IMG/VR virus record: IMGVR_UViG_3300020042_001689
Span: 1 to 45,932 of that record
Reading direction: 5' to 3' (one strand)
Length of the DNA: 45,932 nucleotides
Source: a virus
Lineage: Duplodnaviria > Caudoviricetes
The notes below the pieces were generated by a model. That model did not search any database. It was not told where the DNA came from and worked only from the letters and a program-made list of their open reading frames with translations. The translations under genes were made by a program, and so were the position numbers. Shown one piece after another: positions 9,963 through 19,103 of the stretch (position 1 is the stretch's first letter; every line of letters starts with the position of its first letter).

Positions 9963-10414
9963 TTGACCTTACCAAAGCCATTGGAGCCGTTGCCGCAAGC
10001 ATTGCAGCGATTGGTGGCGGTTACACGCTTGCCGACAAGTTTGGTTGGTTTGACCGGGCTATTTTGGAGTGGTCACCAGAGCATTTTAAAATTGTGGCAG
10101 ATGCTGGACAGCCCATCAACGTCACAGTGGCCCGAATCAAAAAGCGGGACGACTGCTCTGTTGAGAGTTTTACCCCCAGCATCCGTGACGCATCGGGCAT
10201 GGTGCATGAGGCAACGACAACGGCAAGTAAGTTCAGCGGCCCAGCGGGGCCACAGATTGATACTTTTTCCTACCAGTTGACGATGGTCAGAAAAGAAAAG
10301 ATTGCACCCGGCACAGCTACGCTGCTGGCAACGATCAAATACAAATGCCCCGAGGGTGAGCGTGTCGTTCAATACCCTCGCCATGCAAATTTAAGTTTTG
10401 ACCTTAAAGGCTAA
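9959..10414 (+). CDS. Membrane-anchored hypothetical protein in lysis region
   Basis: N-terminal hydrophobic anchor, beta-rich domain with 2 Cys. Confidence 0.55.
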   Translation: MIDLTKAIGAVAASIAAIGGGYTLADKFGWFDRAILEWSPEHFKIVADAGQPINVTVARIKKRDDCSVESFTPSIRDASGMVHEATTTASKFSGPAGPQIDTFSYQLTMVRKEKIAPGTATLLATIKYKCPEGERVVQYPRHANLSFDLKG

Positions 10415-10416
10415 TC

Positions 10417-10908
10417 ATGCTAACCCTACTCTCTACCCTGATCTCCTTCCTTGCTGGTGGCCTACCCAAGTTGCTTGGTTTCTTTCAAGACCGTGCTGAC
10501 AAGAAGCATGAGATGGCAATGGCGCAGTTGCAGATTGAGCGTGAGTTGGAGCTACGCAAAGCTGGCTTTGAGGCCGCACAACGGGTGGAGGAGATCAAAG
10601 TCGAAGGTCAGGCCATTGAAGCCGAGGCATCAGAACGGGCTGCACTCTACGCGCACGACATAGCGATAGGACAGGGCGCTAGTCAGTGGATGGTCAACCT
10701 GCGCTCCGGTGTGCGCCCGATACTGACGTATGGGTTCTTCATCCTGTTTGCGTTTGTTGAAGTCGGTGGTTTTATTTACGCATGGCATCGGGACATTGCA
10801 TTTGATGTGCTTATTGCCAAACTGTGGGACGCCGACACCCAGATCATCTTTGCGTCAATCATCAGCTTCCATTTTGGTGGCAGAGCGTTTAAAGGTGGTA
10901 AAGATTGA
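10417..10908 (+). CDS. Holin, 3TM (GTA-holin-like) family
   Basis: N-terminal TM, coiled coil, 'VRPILTY' and 'IISFHFGGR' motifs; directly upstream of lysozyme. Confidence 0.65.
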   Translation: MLTLLSTLISFLAGGLPKLLGFFQDRADKKHEMAMAQLQIERELELRKAGFEAAQRVEEIKVEGQAIEAEASERAALYAHDIAIGQGASQWMVNLRSGVRPILTYGFFILFAFVEVGGFIYAWHRDIAFDVLIAKLWDADTQIIFASIISFHFGGRAFKGGKD

Positions 10909-11381
10909 AAGTCTCCGACCGCTGCAAGGAGATGATCAAACACCATGAAGGCGTGCGGTTTAAACCTTACCGTTGCCCAGCAAAACTTTGGACTGTAGGA
11001 GTAGGCCATGTTTTATACCCCGCTCAAGGTCGTTTACCTTTGGATCAAAGAGACGCTTACCCGTTGGAGCCGCATGACAACCGTACTTTTTCAAAAGACG
11101 AAGTAGATGGAACCCTTGCTTTTGATCTCCAGCGATTTGAAACTGGGGTCGCCCGACTTTTTCCTATGGTGCTTACCCAAGGTCAAAACGATGCTCTTGT
11201 CAGCTTTGCTTTTAATTTGGGTCTGGGGGGCGTACAGCGATCAACCCTCCGTCAGAAGATGCTTCGGGGCGAGACGCAAGAAGCTGCCGACGAGTTCTTG
11301 AAGTTTACGAGGGGCGGGGGTAAAATCTTGCCGGGACTAGTCAAGCGCCGCAATGACGAACGTGCATTATTTTTATCTTAA
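10905..11381 (+). CDS. Endolysin, GH24 lysozyme
   Basis: 'IKHHEG.R..PYRCPA..WTVGVGH', 'DALVSFAFNLG', 'LPGLVKRR..E..LF'; TTG start. Confidence 0.92.
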   Translation: MKVSDRCKEMIKHHEGVRFKPYRCPAKLWTVGVGHVLYPAQGRLPLDQRDAYPLEPHDNRTFSKDEVDGTLAFDLQRFETGVARLFPMVLTQGQNDALVSFAFNLGLGGVQRSTLRQKMLRGETQEAADEFLKFTRGGGKILPGLVKRRNDERALFLS

Positions 11382-11393
11382 TGGAGAATTGAA

Positions 11394-11540
11394 ATGAAAC
11401 CTGGACTCTACGCAAACATCCATGCTAAGCAAGAACGCATCAAAGCAGGAAGCAAGGAAAAGATGAACAAAGTTGGCAGCAAGGCAGCGCCTACTGCCAA
11501 AGACTTTAAAGACTCGGCAAAAACGGCAAAGAAGAAATGA
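11394..11540 (+). CDS. Small basic phage protein (not in ORF track)
   Basis: MKPGLYANIHAKQERIKAGSKEKMNKVGSKAAPTAKDFKDSAKTAKKK*, GGAG RBS upstream, ATGA overlap with next gene. Confidence 0.7.
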   Translation: MKPGLYANIHAKQERIKAGSKEKMNKVGSKAAPTAKDFKDSAKTAKKK

Positions 11541-11812
11541 AAGAGTCTGGCAAAAATCCAAAGGGTGGCCTAAACGCTGCGGGTCGAGCTGCTTACCATG
11601 CAGAGACCGGCGGCACGTTAAGGCCACCAGTCAAGTCTGGTGACAACCCTCGTCGTGCATCTTTTTTGGCACGAATGGGCAATATGCCAGGGCCAGAACG
11701 CAAAGATGGTGAACCCACCAGGCTGCTGCTGTCACTCAAGGCGTGGGGTGCTTCTAGCAAGGAAGATGCTCGGTCTAAAGCCAAAGGCATCTCAGCGAGA
11801 AATAAAAAATGA
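11537..11812 (+). CDS. Small basic phage protein (DUF6321-like)
   Basis: 'GKNPKGGLNAAGRA.Y', 'RRASFLARM', 'PTRLLLSLKAWG'. Confidence 0.65.
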   Translation: MKESGKNPKGGLNAAGRAAYHAETGGTLRPPVKSGDNPRRASFLARMGNMPGPERKDGEPTRLLLSLKAWGASSKEDARSKAKGISARNKK

Positions 11813-11834
11813 GTCCTTTTTGCAAAATTGGGTT

Positions 11835-11840
11835 TATAAT
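11835..11840 (+). promoter_or_regulatory. Possible -10 box upstream of tail module 2
   Basis: Perfect TATAAT in the 77-bp intergenic gap; no properly spaced -35. Confidence 0.35.
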
Positions 11841-11889
11841 TCGCACCTGAGCATATGCTGCACCAGCTGCTATCATCAACGAGGCACTT

Positions 11890-12522
11890 ATGGCATATGT
11901 GATGACCTATGATAGCCTACTGGTAGATCTGCGCCGATATTTGGAACGCGGGTTTACAGAGGCTAGCGACCAGATTGTTTACGACCAACTGCCGAGGCTG
12001 GTAACGCTCGGAGAGCGTAGGATTTCCCGCGAACTAAAAATTCAAGGGTTTATTCGTGCAGTCACTACCCCGTTGTCCATAGGCGTTGCGGTCTACCTTA
12101 AGCCCGACCGCTGGCGTGATACGGTGTCAATGACTGTGGACGGCATCCCCATTTATGCAAGATCGTACGAATACCTGCGCAACTATTGGCCTGTTGAAGC
12201 AACAACCGGCAACCCAGCGTACTACGCTGACTATGACTATCAGCACTGGCTAATTACGCCGACACCAGCCGCAGCCAAAACGCTAGAGATCTTGTACTAC
12301 GAGCAACCTCGGTTTCTTGGTGACGATTTCCAGACCAATTGGGTCACAGAGTACATCCCAGATGTGCTGCTCTATGCCGCTTTGCTTGAGGCCACGCCTT
12401 TCCTTAAAAACGATGAGCGAATCCAGACTTGGCAAGCCATGTACGACCGAGCAGCCCAGGCGGTCAATGGCGAAGATTTGAAGCGCATTCTTGACCGCTC
12501 ATCCAACCGGAGTGAAGCATAA
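11890..12522 (+). CDS. Head-to-tail adaptor (module 2)
   Basis: 'MTYDSL..DL..YLER', 'P.YYA', 'PTP', 'TNW.....PD.LLYAALLEA..FLKNDERI..W' typical of podovirus adaptor/tail tubular A-like proteins; GAGG RBS. Confidence 0.75.
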   Translation: MAYVMTYDSLLVDLRRYLERGFTEASDQIVYDQLPRLVTLGERRISRELKIQGFIRAVTTPLSIGVAVYLKPDRWRDTVSMTVDGIPIYARSYEYLRNYWPVEATTGNPAYYADYDYQHWLITPTPAAAKTLEILYYEQPRFLGDDFQTNWVTEYIPDVLLYAALLEATPFLKNDERIQTWQAMYDRAAQAVNGEDLKRILDRSSNRSEA

Positions 12523-13724
12523 TGCCCATTTATAACGATGTGTTTGGCGGCGCAAACATCTACCCAAGTGAGATCAGCTATAGCTCAGTTGCGCTAAGTG
12601 CCGACATCACACTCAGCTGGCCCACTGAGGCGTCAACAAGCACAAATCTAGCTACTCGTATCATGGACGTTACCGCCAGTGCTGGCGGGTATTTCATTAC
12701 ACTTCCTGACGCCAAAAAGACCGGCACTGGTCAAACCATCCTGTTCAACAACCAGGGGTCTTTTACTTTTGTTGTCAAAGATGCAACAGGGGTGCAAGTA
12801 GTATCAATTCCGTCCGGAACAATCTGGCAAATTTACTTAACTAACAACAGCACGGTAGCAGGCACTTGGGAAACTCTGCAATTTGGGTCTACCACCTCTA
12901 CAGCAAATGCCTCGGCATTGGCCGGTACAGGTATCGTGGCCGTTGGGACTTTGTTGTCACAGTCGGTACCAATCACCAACTTCAACTCAAACTATACGGC
13001 GGGTGTTACTGACCGCGCCAAAATGTTTGTGTGGACAGGCTCCGGTGGTGGAACACTTACGCTGCCATCCGCGCCTACGATGGGCGACAACTGGTTCCTC
13101 TGTTTCCGCAATGGCGGTGGCGGCTCGGTTGTAGTTGACCCATCGGGCACGCCTCTTATCAATGGTGCGGCAACCTTGAGTTTTAGTCCAGGTGACTCAG
13201 CAATTATTGCTACGGACGGCACAGATTACTTCACAATTGGATTTGGACAGTCTGCAACATTTGCCTTCGACTACACCTCAATTGCGGTTGCCGGGACAGG
13301 CAACTACACGCTAACCGGATCGGAATTAAATCGGATTGCGTACAATTTTACCGGCGTATTGACTGGCAACCGAGTCATCATTGTTCCTGCAACTGTCCAG
13401 CAGTACTGGGTGAGTAACGCCACAACTGGTGCGTACACACTGACCGTAAAAACATCGGCGGGCACAGGTGTAGCAGTTACAGCTGGTGCTAGAGCCATAC
13501 TTTATTCTGATGGCACAAATGTGGTTGATGCAAGCACCGATACAGTATCGGTTCCGATTTCAATTGCTGATGGCGGTACGGGGGCTACAACCGCTGCCGG
13601 TGCTCGCATTAACTTAGGTGCCTCTTCTACAGGCGATGCCATCTTTATTGCGGCAACCCAGCAGGCAGCTTGGACAGCCCTGGGAATAGCACCAGCAGGT
13701 GTGGTTGTTGGCGGGACATTCTAA
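12522..13724 (+). CDS. Tail fibre/structural protein (module 2)
   Basis: 400 aa Thr/Gly-rich, repeated 'TLP' beta modules, 'IADGGTGATTAAGAR.NLG'. Confidence 0.6.
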   Translation: MPIYNDVFGGANIYPSEISYSSVALSADITLSWPTEASTSTNLATRIMDVTASAGGYFITLPDAKKTGTGQTILFNNQGSFTFVVKDATGVQVVSIPSGTIWQIYLTNNSTVAGTWETLQFGSTTSTANASALAGTGIVAVGTLLSQSVPITNFNSNYTAGVTDRAKMFVWTGSGGGTLTLPSAPTMGDNWFLCFRNGGGGSVVVDPSGTPLINGAATLSFSPGDSAIIATDGTDYFTIGFGQSATFAFDYTSIAVAGTGNYTLTGSELNRIAYNFTGVLTGNRVIIVPATVQQYWVSNATTGAYTLTVKTSAGTGVAVTAGARAILYSDGTNVVDASTDTVSVPISIADGGTGATTAAGARINLGASSTGDAIFIAATQQAAWTALGIAPAGVVVGGTF

Positions 13725-15560
13725 ATGCCAGTACCTACCGTAGTCTTAAAGTCAACTCCTGGAATCAAACGGGACGGTACTAAATTTGACGGCGATTTTT
13801 ACATTGATGGCCAGTGGGTGCGGTTTCAACGCGGGCTGCCTCGCAAGATTGGCGGCTATAGGTCAATCAACAAATATTTGACCCAAATATCCAGGGGTTT
13901 CTCTTCGTTTACGCAGCAATCTTTGCAGTACTGTCACTCCGGCGGTCCTAGCACGCTAGAGCGCTTTACGATTGACGCCACTGGAAACAGTTCAATTATC
14001 AGCAGCAGAGCCCCTGTTGCTGTCTTTGCAACGGGTACGGTTACTTTGTTGACCGGCGCTGCTGGGTCCGTTGACACCGTGACGGTCAACGGGGTTACGG
14101 TCACTTCGGGTTCTGTTGCTTACAGCACTAGTCTAGCCGTTACAGCTACAGCCCTTGCTGCAAATATCACGGCTTTCACGTCTTCACCTAACTACAGCGC
14201 GGTTGCTGTTGGCACAACAGTTACCATCACGGCAGCAACTGCAAGCGCCTCTGTTAATGGGTTTGTGGTGGCCGTAACGCTAACCACACTTACGGCCTCA
14301 ACAACCAACATGACTGGAGGCAGCGCTGCATTAGTTAGTTCGGTGTACAACAAGTGGATGTTCCAATTCATGTACAGTTCATCCACAACCGATAACTCTA
14401 TCATTGCGCACGTAGCACCCAATGGCGAATGTGTGTGCAACGATACGGGCGGCCAGATCTTTATCGGCGATGTTTTAACAACGGCAACACTAACTGAAAT
14501 TGCATTGCCCTCCGGTGCTAATGTAACTGGCGGCATCGTATCTCTACACCCCTACCTGTTCTACTTCGGCACAGCAGGGATTGTGGGCTGGTCTGTGCCG
14601 GGAATCCCTACTGATTTATCTGGCTCAGGCTCAGGGGTTGCCCGTGTGTGGGGGCAAAAGATTGTCAAGGGTATGCCGCTAAGAGCAGGCTCTGGCTCTG
14701 CACCTGCTGGTTTATTCTGGGCCTATGATGCTGTAATCCGCGCAACATTTACCGGCGGGGCCACTATATTTCAATTTGATGTGATAGCTACCGATACATC
14801 AATCATGTCACCCGATTGCGTGGTTGACTATGACGGCGTGTTCTTTTGGGCCGGTGTTGATCGATTCTTGATGTTCAACGGCGTGGTGCGAGATGTACCT
14901 AACACACTTAACCAGAACTGGTTCTTCAACAATCTGAATGACAACCAGCGCAGCAAAGTGTTTGCTTTTAAGATGCCCTACTATGGCGAGATTTGGTGGT
15001 GCTACCCACGGGATGACGCTACAGAATGCACCCACGCGGTCATCTACAACGTGAGAGAACAGACTTGGTATGACACGGCACTGCCGGAATCAGGCCGCAG
15101 TGCTGGTGGTTTTAACAATGCCTTTGCTGCTCCTTTGCTTGTAGATGCTGTTTCTGCGTCAAGCGGCTATCGTGTCTGGATTCATGAACAAGGCACAGAT
15201 GAAATTGACGGCATTACTTCATCGCCAGTTCAATCGTATTTTGAGACTGCTGACTTATCGTCGCTTGTCCAAGGCAATGATGCACGACTCCGGATTACAG
15301 TCATTGAACCTGACTTTATTCAAGCCGGGCCAATGAGTGTTCAAGTTACCGGACGGGCTAACGCTCGTGCTCCGGAGGTGCTTAGTCAGCAGTGGATCTT
15401 TGAAGAAACTGCTACGCAGCCCTATGAGCAGATCGTCATGATGAAAGAAATGCGCCGAGAGTTGCGTGTGCGTTTTGAGTCAAACGCTGTGGGTGGTGAT
15501 TACCAGATGGGCCAGATTATTGGCCACATTGATAGCGGTGACAGGACGGTGTTGGAATGA
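13725..15560 (+). CDS. Tail nozzle/hub (tail tubular B-like, module 2)
   Basis: 611 aa beta-rich; 'PGIKRDGT', 'WVRFQRGLPRKIGG', 'EIWWCYP', 'IYNVRE..WYD'; Thr/Ala-rich internal segment. Confidence 0.65.
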   Translation: MPVPTVVLKSTPGIKRDGTKFDGDFYIDGQWVRFQRGLPRKIGGYRSINKYLTQISRGFSSFTQQSLQYCHSGGPSTLERFTIDATGNSSIISSRAPVAVFATGTVTLLTGAAGSVDTVTVNGVTVTSGSVAYSTSLAVTATALAANITAFTSSPNYSAVAVGTTVTITAATASASVNGFVVAVTLTTLTASTTNMTGGSAALVSSVYNKWMFQFMYSSSTTDNSIIAHVAPNGECVCNDTGGQIFIGDVLTTATLTEIALPSGANVTGGIVSLHPYLFYFGTAGIVGWSVPGIPTDLSGSGSGVARVWGQKIVKGMPLRAGSGSAPAGLFWAYDAVIRATFTGGATIFQFDVIATDTSIMSPDCVVDYDGVFFWAGVDRFLMFNGVVRDVPNTLNQNWFFNNLNDNQRSKVFAFKMPYYGEIWWCYPRDDATECTHAVIYNVREQTWYDTALPESGRSAGGFNNAFAAPLLVDAVSASSGYRVWIHEQGTDEIDGITSSPVQSYFETADLSSLVQGNDARLRITVIEPDFIQAGPMSVQVTGRANARAPEVLSQQWIFEETATQPYEQIVMMKEMRRELRVRFESNAVGGDYQMGQIIGHIDSGDRTVLE

Positions 15561-15787
15561 CAACAATCACCCGCCCGTCGTACATGCAGCTCAATGATTG
15601 GGCCGACCAGGTTGCGCTTGATTTAGACAGTTACGGTGCCTTTGGTAGGTTAGACAAAGATGGCGACTGGCAAGACTGGGCTATGCAATTTTTGAACAAC
15701 ACCTCACTAGGCCATAATTTTCCAAAACCATACGATTTTACAGATTGGCGTGAGTGGGCAGAACGGTTTTGCCAGGCTTTGTCATAA
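15557..15787 (+). CDS. Trp-rich hypothetical structural protein
   Basis: 76 aa, ATGA-coupled; 'WQDWA', 'P.PYDF.DWREWA'. Confidence 0.6.
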   Translation: MTTITRPSYMQLNDWADQVALDLDSYGAFGRLDKDGDWQDWAMQFLNNTSLGHNFPKPYDFTDWREWAERFCQALS

Positions 15788-15796
15788 GGCACACAA

Positions 15797-17347
15797 ATGA
15801 ATAAGCAAGAAATCCTAGAGATAGCCAAAAAAGACCCGCGATTTGCGCAGGCGATATTGACTGTTGAAAATCAAATGGGCGACACGGACATTGCTCCGGA
15901 GCAACTTGCTGAGCTGGTCAAGATGCTCGAGTTCGCCTTGAACAACCCAAATCAATATCCGCAAATTAGAGACGCAATCATCAAAGACGGGTTAGCCCCA
16001 GCAGAAGATTTGCCTGAGCAATTTAACCCGGTCGTATTGATTTCAGTTTTAGTCTTGTTGTACGGCTTGCAGGAGCGGTCTACTGCGAAAATGGCTAGGG
16101 GCGGCTTAGCCTCCGCCGCGCGACAGATGCGCATGGCCGGTCGCAATGGCGACACGATGCTGGCGCATATCAATCCACGAGAAGCCCAGATGCTTCGTCA
16201 AGCTGGTGGCAGTGGGACAATCAACCCAACCACGGGATTGCCTGAATATTTTAGTTTTAGTGATTTGTGGAAAGTGGCTTTACCAATTGCTTTGGACTTC
16301 ATTGCGCCTGGAATCGGAACTACGCTAGGCACTGCTTTGGGTGCCTCTGCAACATGGGCTCCTGCTTTGGGCGGCGCATTGATTGGCGCGGGCACGTCTG
16401 CCATAACCGGCGGCAACCCGCTGCAAGGCGCAATCATGGGCGGCATGGGCGGCGGTTTAGGCGGCAACCTTGGGCAAATGTTTGCACCAGAGGCAAGCGC
16501 GGCCACACAAGGTTTGCTGGGCAGTGGTCTTGCCGGCGCTTTAGGTGGCATGGCTACGGGTCGTGGTCCGTTAGAAGGTGCTGCCCAAGGAGCACTTGGC
16601 AACTACATCGGGAATGCTGTAGGAACGATGGGCGGTCCAGGTGCTCTTGGCACAGGCTTAGCTGCAGGTAGTGAGACTTTTAAGAATGCAATGGTTGCCG
16701 GTTACGACCCGCAAACAGCTTTGGCCGGGGGTGCATTGTCAGGCTTAGCTGCTGGAATGCGCAAACCGTCGCAGGCGGCAGTTGATAATCTAAGTGCGCC
16801 TGTTGCTAAGCCAGATGCTAAATCAGGATTTAGTCTTAGTACAGCAGCGTCTTTGCTACCACTTGCTGGATTGCTATCTGCGCCTGCTGAAGCTCAAACA
16901 GCTGTCAAATCCATGTCGCCTGAGCAACAGGAATATTTTAACCGCCCATCCATTAAATGGGATTGGCCTAGGATGCAGCAAGATGCTGCTAAGTCTAACA
17001 TGAGCCTAAGTCAGTTCATGGCGCAAAGTTGGCCACAAATTACATCGGGTACTTACAATATGCCTGTCGTCAAGAAAGCTAGGGGCGGTGCGCTGTCTCA
17101 AATTGCATACATGGCTAGGGGGAGCGGCTCTGGTCGTGACGACATGATTGACGCAAAGTTGAGCGATGGGGAGTATGTGTTTGATGCTGAAACCGTTGCC
17201 TTAATTGGTGATGGTTCTAGCAAAATGGGTGCGCAAAGATTAGATTTGATGCGCCAGCAAATTAGAAAACAGAAGGGCAAAGCATTGGCAAAGGGTAAGT
17301 TCTCGCCAGATGCAAAATCGCCATTGTCTTATTTGAGAGGCGCATGA
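15797..17347 (+). CDS. Putative internal virion/ejection protein
   Basis: 516 aa; 'GRNGDTMLAHINP.EA..L...GGSGTINP.TGLPEY', Gly-rich hydrophobic core, C-term 'G.GSGRDD.I.AKLSDGEYV'. Confidence 0.55.
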   Translation: MNKQEILEIAKKDPRFAQAILTVENQMGDTDIAPEQLAELVKMLEFALNNPNQYPQIRDAIIKDGLAPAEDLPEQFNPVVLISVLVLLYGLQERSTAKMARGGLASAARQMRMAGRNGDTMLAHINPREAQMLRQAGGSGTINPTTGLPEYFSFSDLWKVALPIALDFIAPGIGTTLGTALGASATWAPALGGALIGAGTSAITGGNPLQGAIMGGMGGGLGGNLGQMFAPEASAATQGLLGSGLAGALGGMATGRGPLEGAAQGALGNYIGNAVGTMGGPGALGTGLAAGSETFKNAMVAGYDPQTALAGGALSGLAAGMRKPSQAAVDNLSAPVAKPDAKSGFSLSTAASLLPLAGLLSAPAEAQTAVKSMSPEQQEYFNRPSIKWDWPRMQQDAAKSNMSLSQFMAQSWPQITSGTYNMPVVKKARGGALSQIAYMARGSGSGRDDMIDAKLSDGEYVFDAETVALIGDGSSKMGAQRLDLMRQQIRKQKGKALAKGKFSPDAKSPLSYLRGA

Positions 17348-17348
17348 T

Positions 17349-19094
17349 ATGGGAAGTCTATTTACAGGGTCTCCACAAAGCGCCCCGTCGTATGCAACGT
17401 CTACGACTGAAACGCCAAAGTGGATGCAAGATGCAATCTACAACCAGATTCAACTGGCGCAAAATCTTGCAAACACGCCGTACCAACCCTACAGTTTGCC
17501 ATCGGTTGCTGAACTTTCACCGCTACAACAGCAGGCTTACACAAACATTCAGGCAAATCAAGGCTCGTGGTCACCGCAACTTGCAGCGGCTCAAACCGGC
17601 ATGCAAAACCTGTCTAAATCAAACGCTAGTTTAGACAAAGGTGCGCTTGGATTAACGGCTCAAGCCTTAATGCTGGCTGATCTAAAAACCGATCTAAACG
17701 ACCCATACAACACTCTAAATACGGCTGTGACAAGTGCCACAGGAATGAATGGGCTTACAAAAGCCCAATCCTACATAGACGCTGCTAATAAAAATGCGGT
17801 AGCTGCCGGCGCTGTAAATACAGCAACCGGTTTAGGCACTGCGCAAAACAAATATCTCAACGAAGCGCTTGCAGGCGATGCGTCAAAATATGGTCAAGCA
17901 CTATACAAAAAAGCAGGTCTTCTAGATGCAGTATCGGTAGCCAACCCATATTTAGCAGATGCTGATACTCAAACCGCAGCCGGACTAGCTGAAAAGGCAT
18001 ATACAAAAACTGAGCCTTACCTAACAGAGGCAAAAAAAGCCTCATACACAGACGTTGCTAAATACATGTCTCCTTATCAAACAGGGGTCATGGATGTAAT
18101 TGCCAAGCAAGGTGCAAGAAACTTGTCTGAGAATCTGCTACCTGCTGTGTCAGATCAATTTATTCGTGCAGGCCAGTTTGGTGGTAACCGCATGGGCGAG
18201 TTTGGCTCACGGGCATTGCGCGACACGCAGGAGTCCGTACTCAACCAACAGGCACAACTTGCCAACCAGGGCTACGGGCAGGCTCTCGGTGCTTCTCAAG
18301 CAGACCTCGCACGGCAAGCGCAATTGGCAGGTACTGTGGGTAGCATCTATGGTGCAGACCTTTCTCGCTTGTTGCAAGGTGGGGCTCAGTACGGTAACTT
18401 GGGGCAAACCGCTGCTCAGATTACTTCTGGACAGATGCAAAACCTTACCAATGTTGGCCAAGCACAAACCGCTGCTGGTCAGGCTCAGCAGCAATTTGGG
18501 ATGGGTGCAGCACAAGGCTCTCAAGCAGCGGAAGCACAAGATGCAGCGCGACAATTACAGGCGGCTGGACAAATCAGCAATATTGGCCAGAATATAGGCG
18601 GATTGACTCAAGCTCAGCAACAGTTGGTGCTCTCCGGAGGTCAAGCATTATCTGGTGCTCAGCAGCAGGGTATCTCGCAAGGGCTCGCAACGGCTGGACA
18701 ATATGGAACAATTGGGACAGCTGCCGGACAACTAGCCAGCACAGATGCTGCAAGGCAGATGTCTGCGCTGAATCAGATGGCCGGCATGGCGCAGCAAAGA
18801 CAAGGTATGCAGACAGCAGACGTGGCAAGCTTAGAAGCCGCAGGAGCATCTCAGCAAGCCCAGCAGCAGGCTCAACTCAATGCCGCTTATCAGCAGTATC
18901 AGCAACAGCAGATGTATCCAAGGCAACAGGCAGATTTTCTCAGCACGCAAATCAGGGGTATGGCACCCATCACGCCACAAACGACAAACACAAGTGGGTC
19001 TACAACCACTTTTGCACCGTCACCATTGTCACAACTGGCAACCGGACTGTACGCATACAAGGGTCTGAACGCGCTGGGTCAACCAACACAGTAA
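17349..19094 (+). CDS. Putative internal virion/ejection protein
   Basis: 581 aa Gln/Ala-rich; 'YMSPYQ..V', 'AGQFGG.R'. Confidence 0.55.
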   Translation: MGSLFTGSPQSAPSYATSTTETPKWMQDAIYNQIQLAQNLANTPYQPYSLPSVAELSPLQQQAYTNIQANQGSWSPQLAAAQTGMQNLSKSNASLDKGALGLTAQALMLADLKTDLNDPYNTLNTAVTSATGMNGLTKAQSYIDAANKNAVAAGAVNTATGLGTAQNKYLNEALAGDASKYGQALYKKAGLLDAVSVANPYLADADTQTAAGLAEKAYTKTEPYLTEAKKASYTDVAKYMSPYQTGVMDVIAKQGARNLSENLLPAVSDQFIRAGQFGGNRMGEFGSRALRDTQESVLNQQAQLANQGYGQALGASQADLARQAQLAGTVGSIYGADLSRLLQGGAQYGNLGQTAAQITSGQMQNLTNVGQAQTAAGQAQQQFGMGAAQGSQAAEAQDAARQLQAAGQISNIGQNIGGLTQAQQQLVLSGGQALSGAQQQGISQGLATAGQYGTIGTAAGQLASTDAARQMSALNQMAGMAQQRQGMQTADVASLEAAGASQQAQQQAQLNAAYQQYQQQQMYPRQQADFLSTQIRGMAPITPQTTNTSGSTTTFAPSPLSQLATGLYAYKGLNALGQPTQ

Positions 19095-19103
19095 GGTTAA
19101 ATT

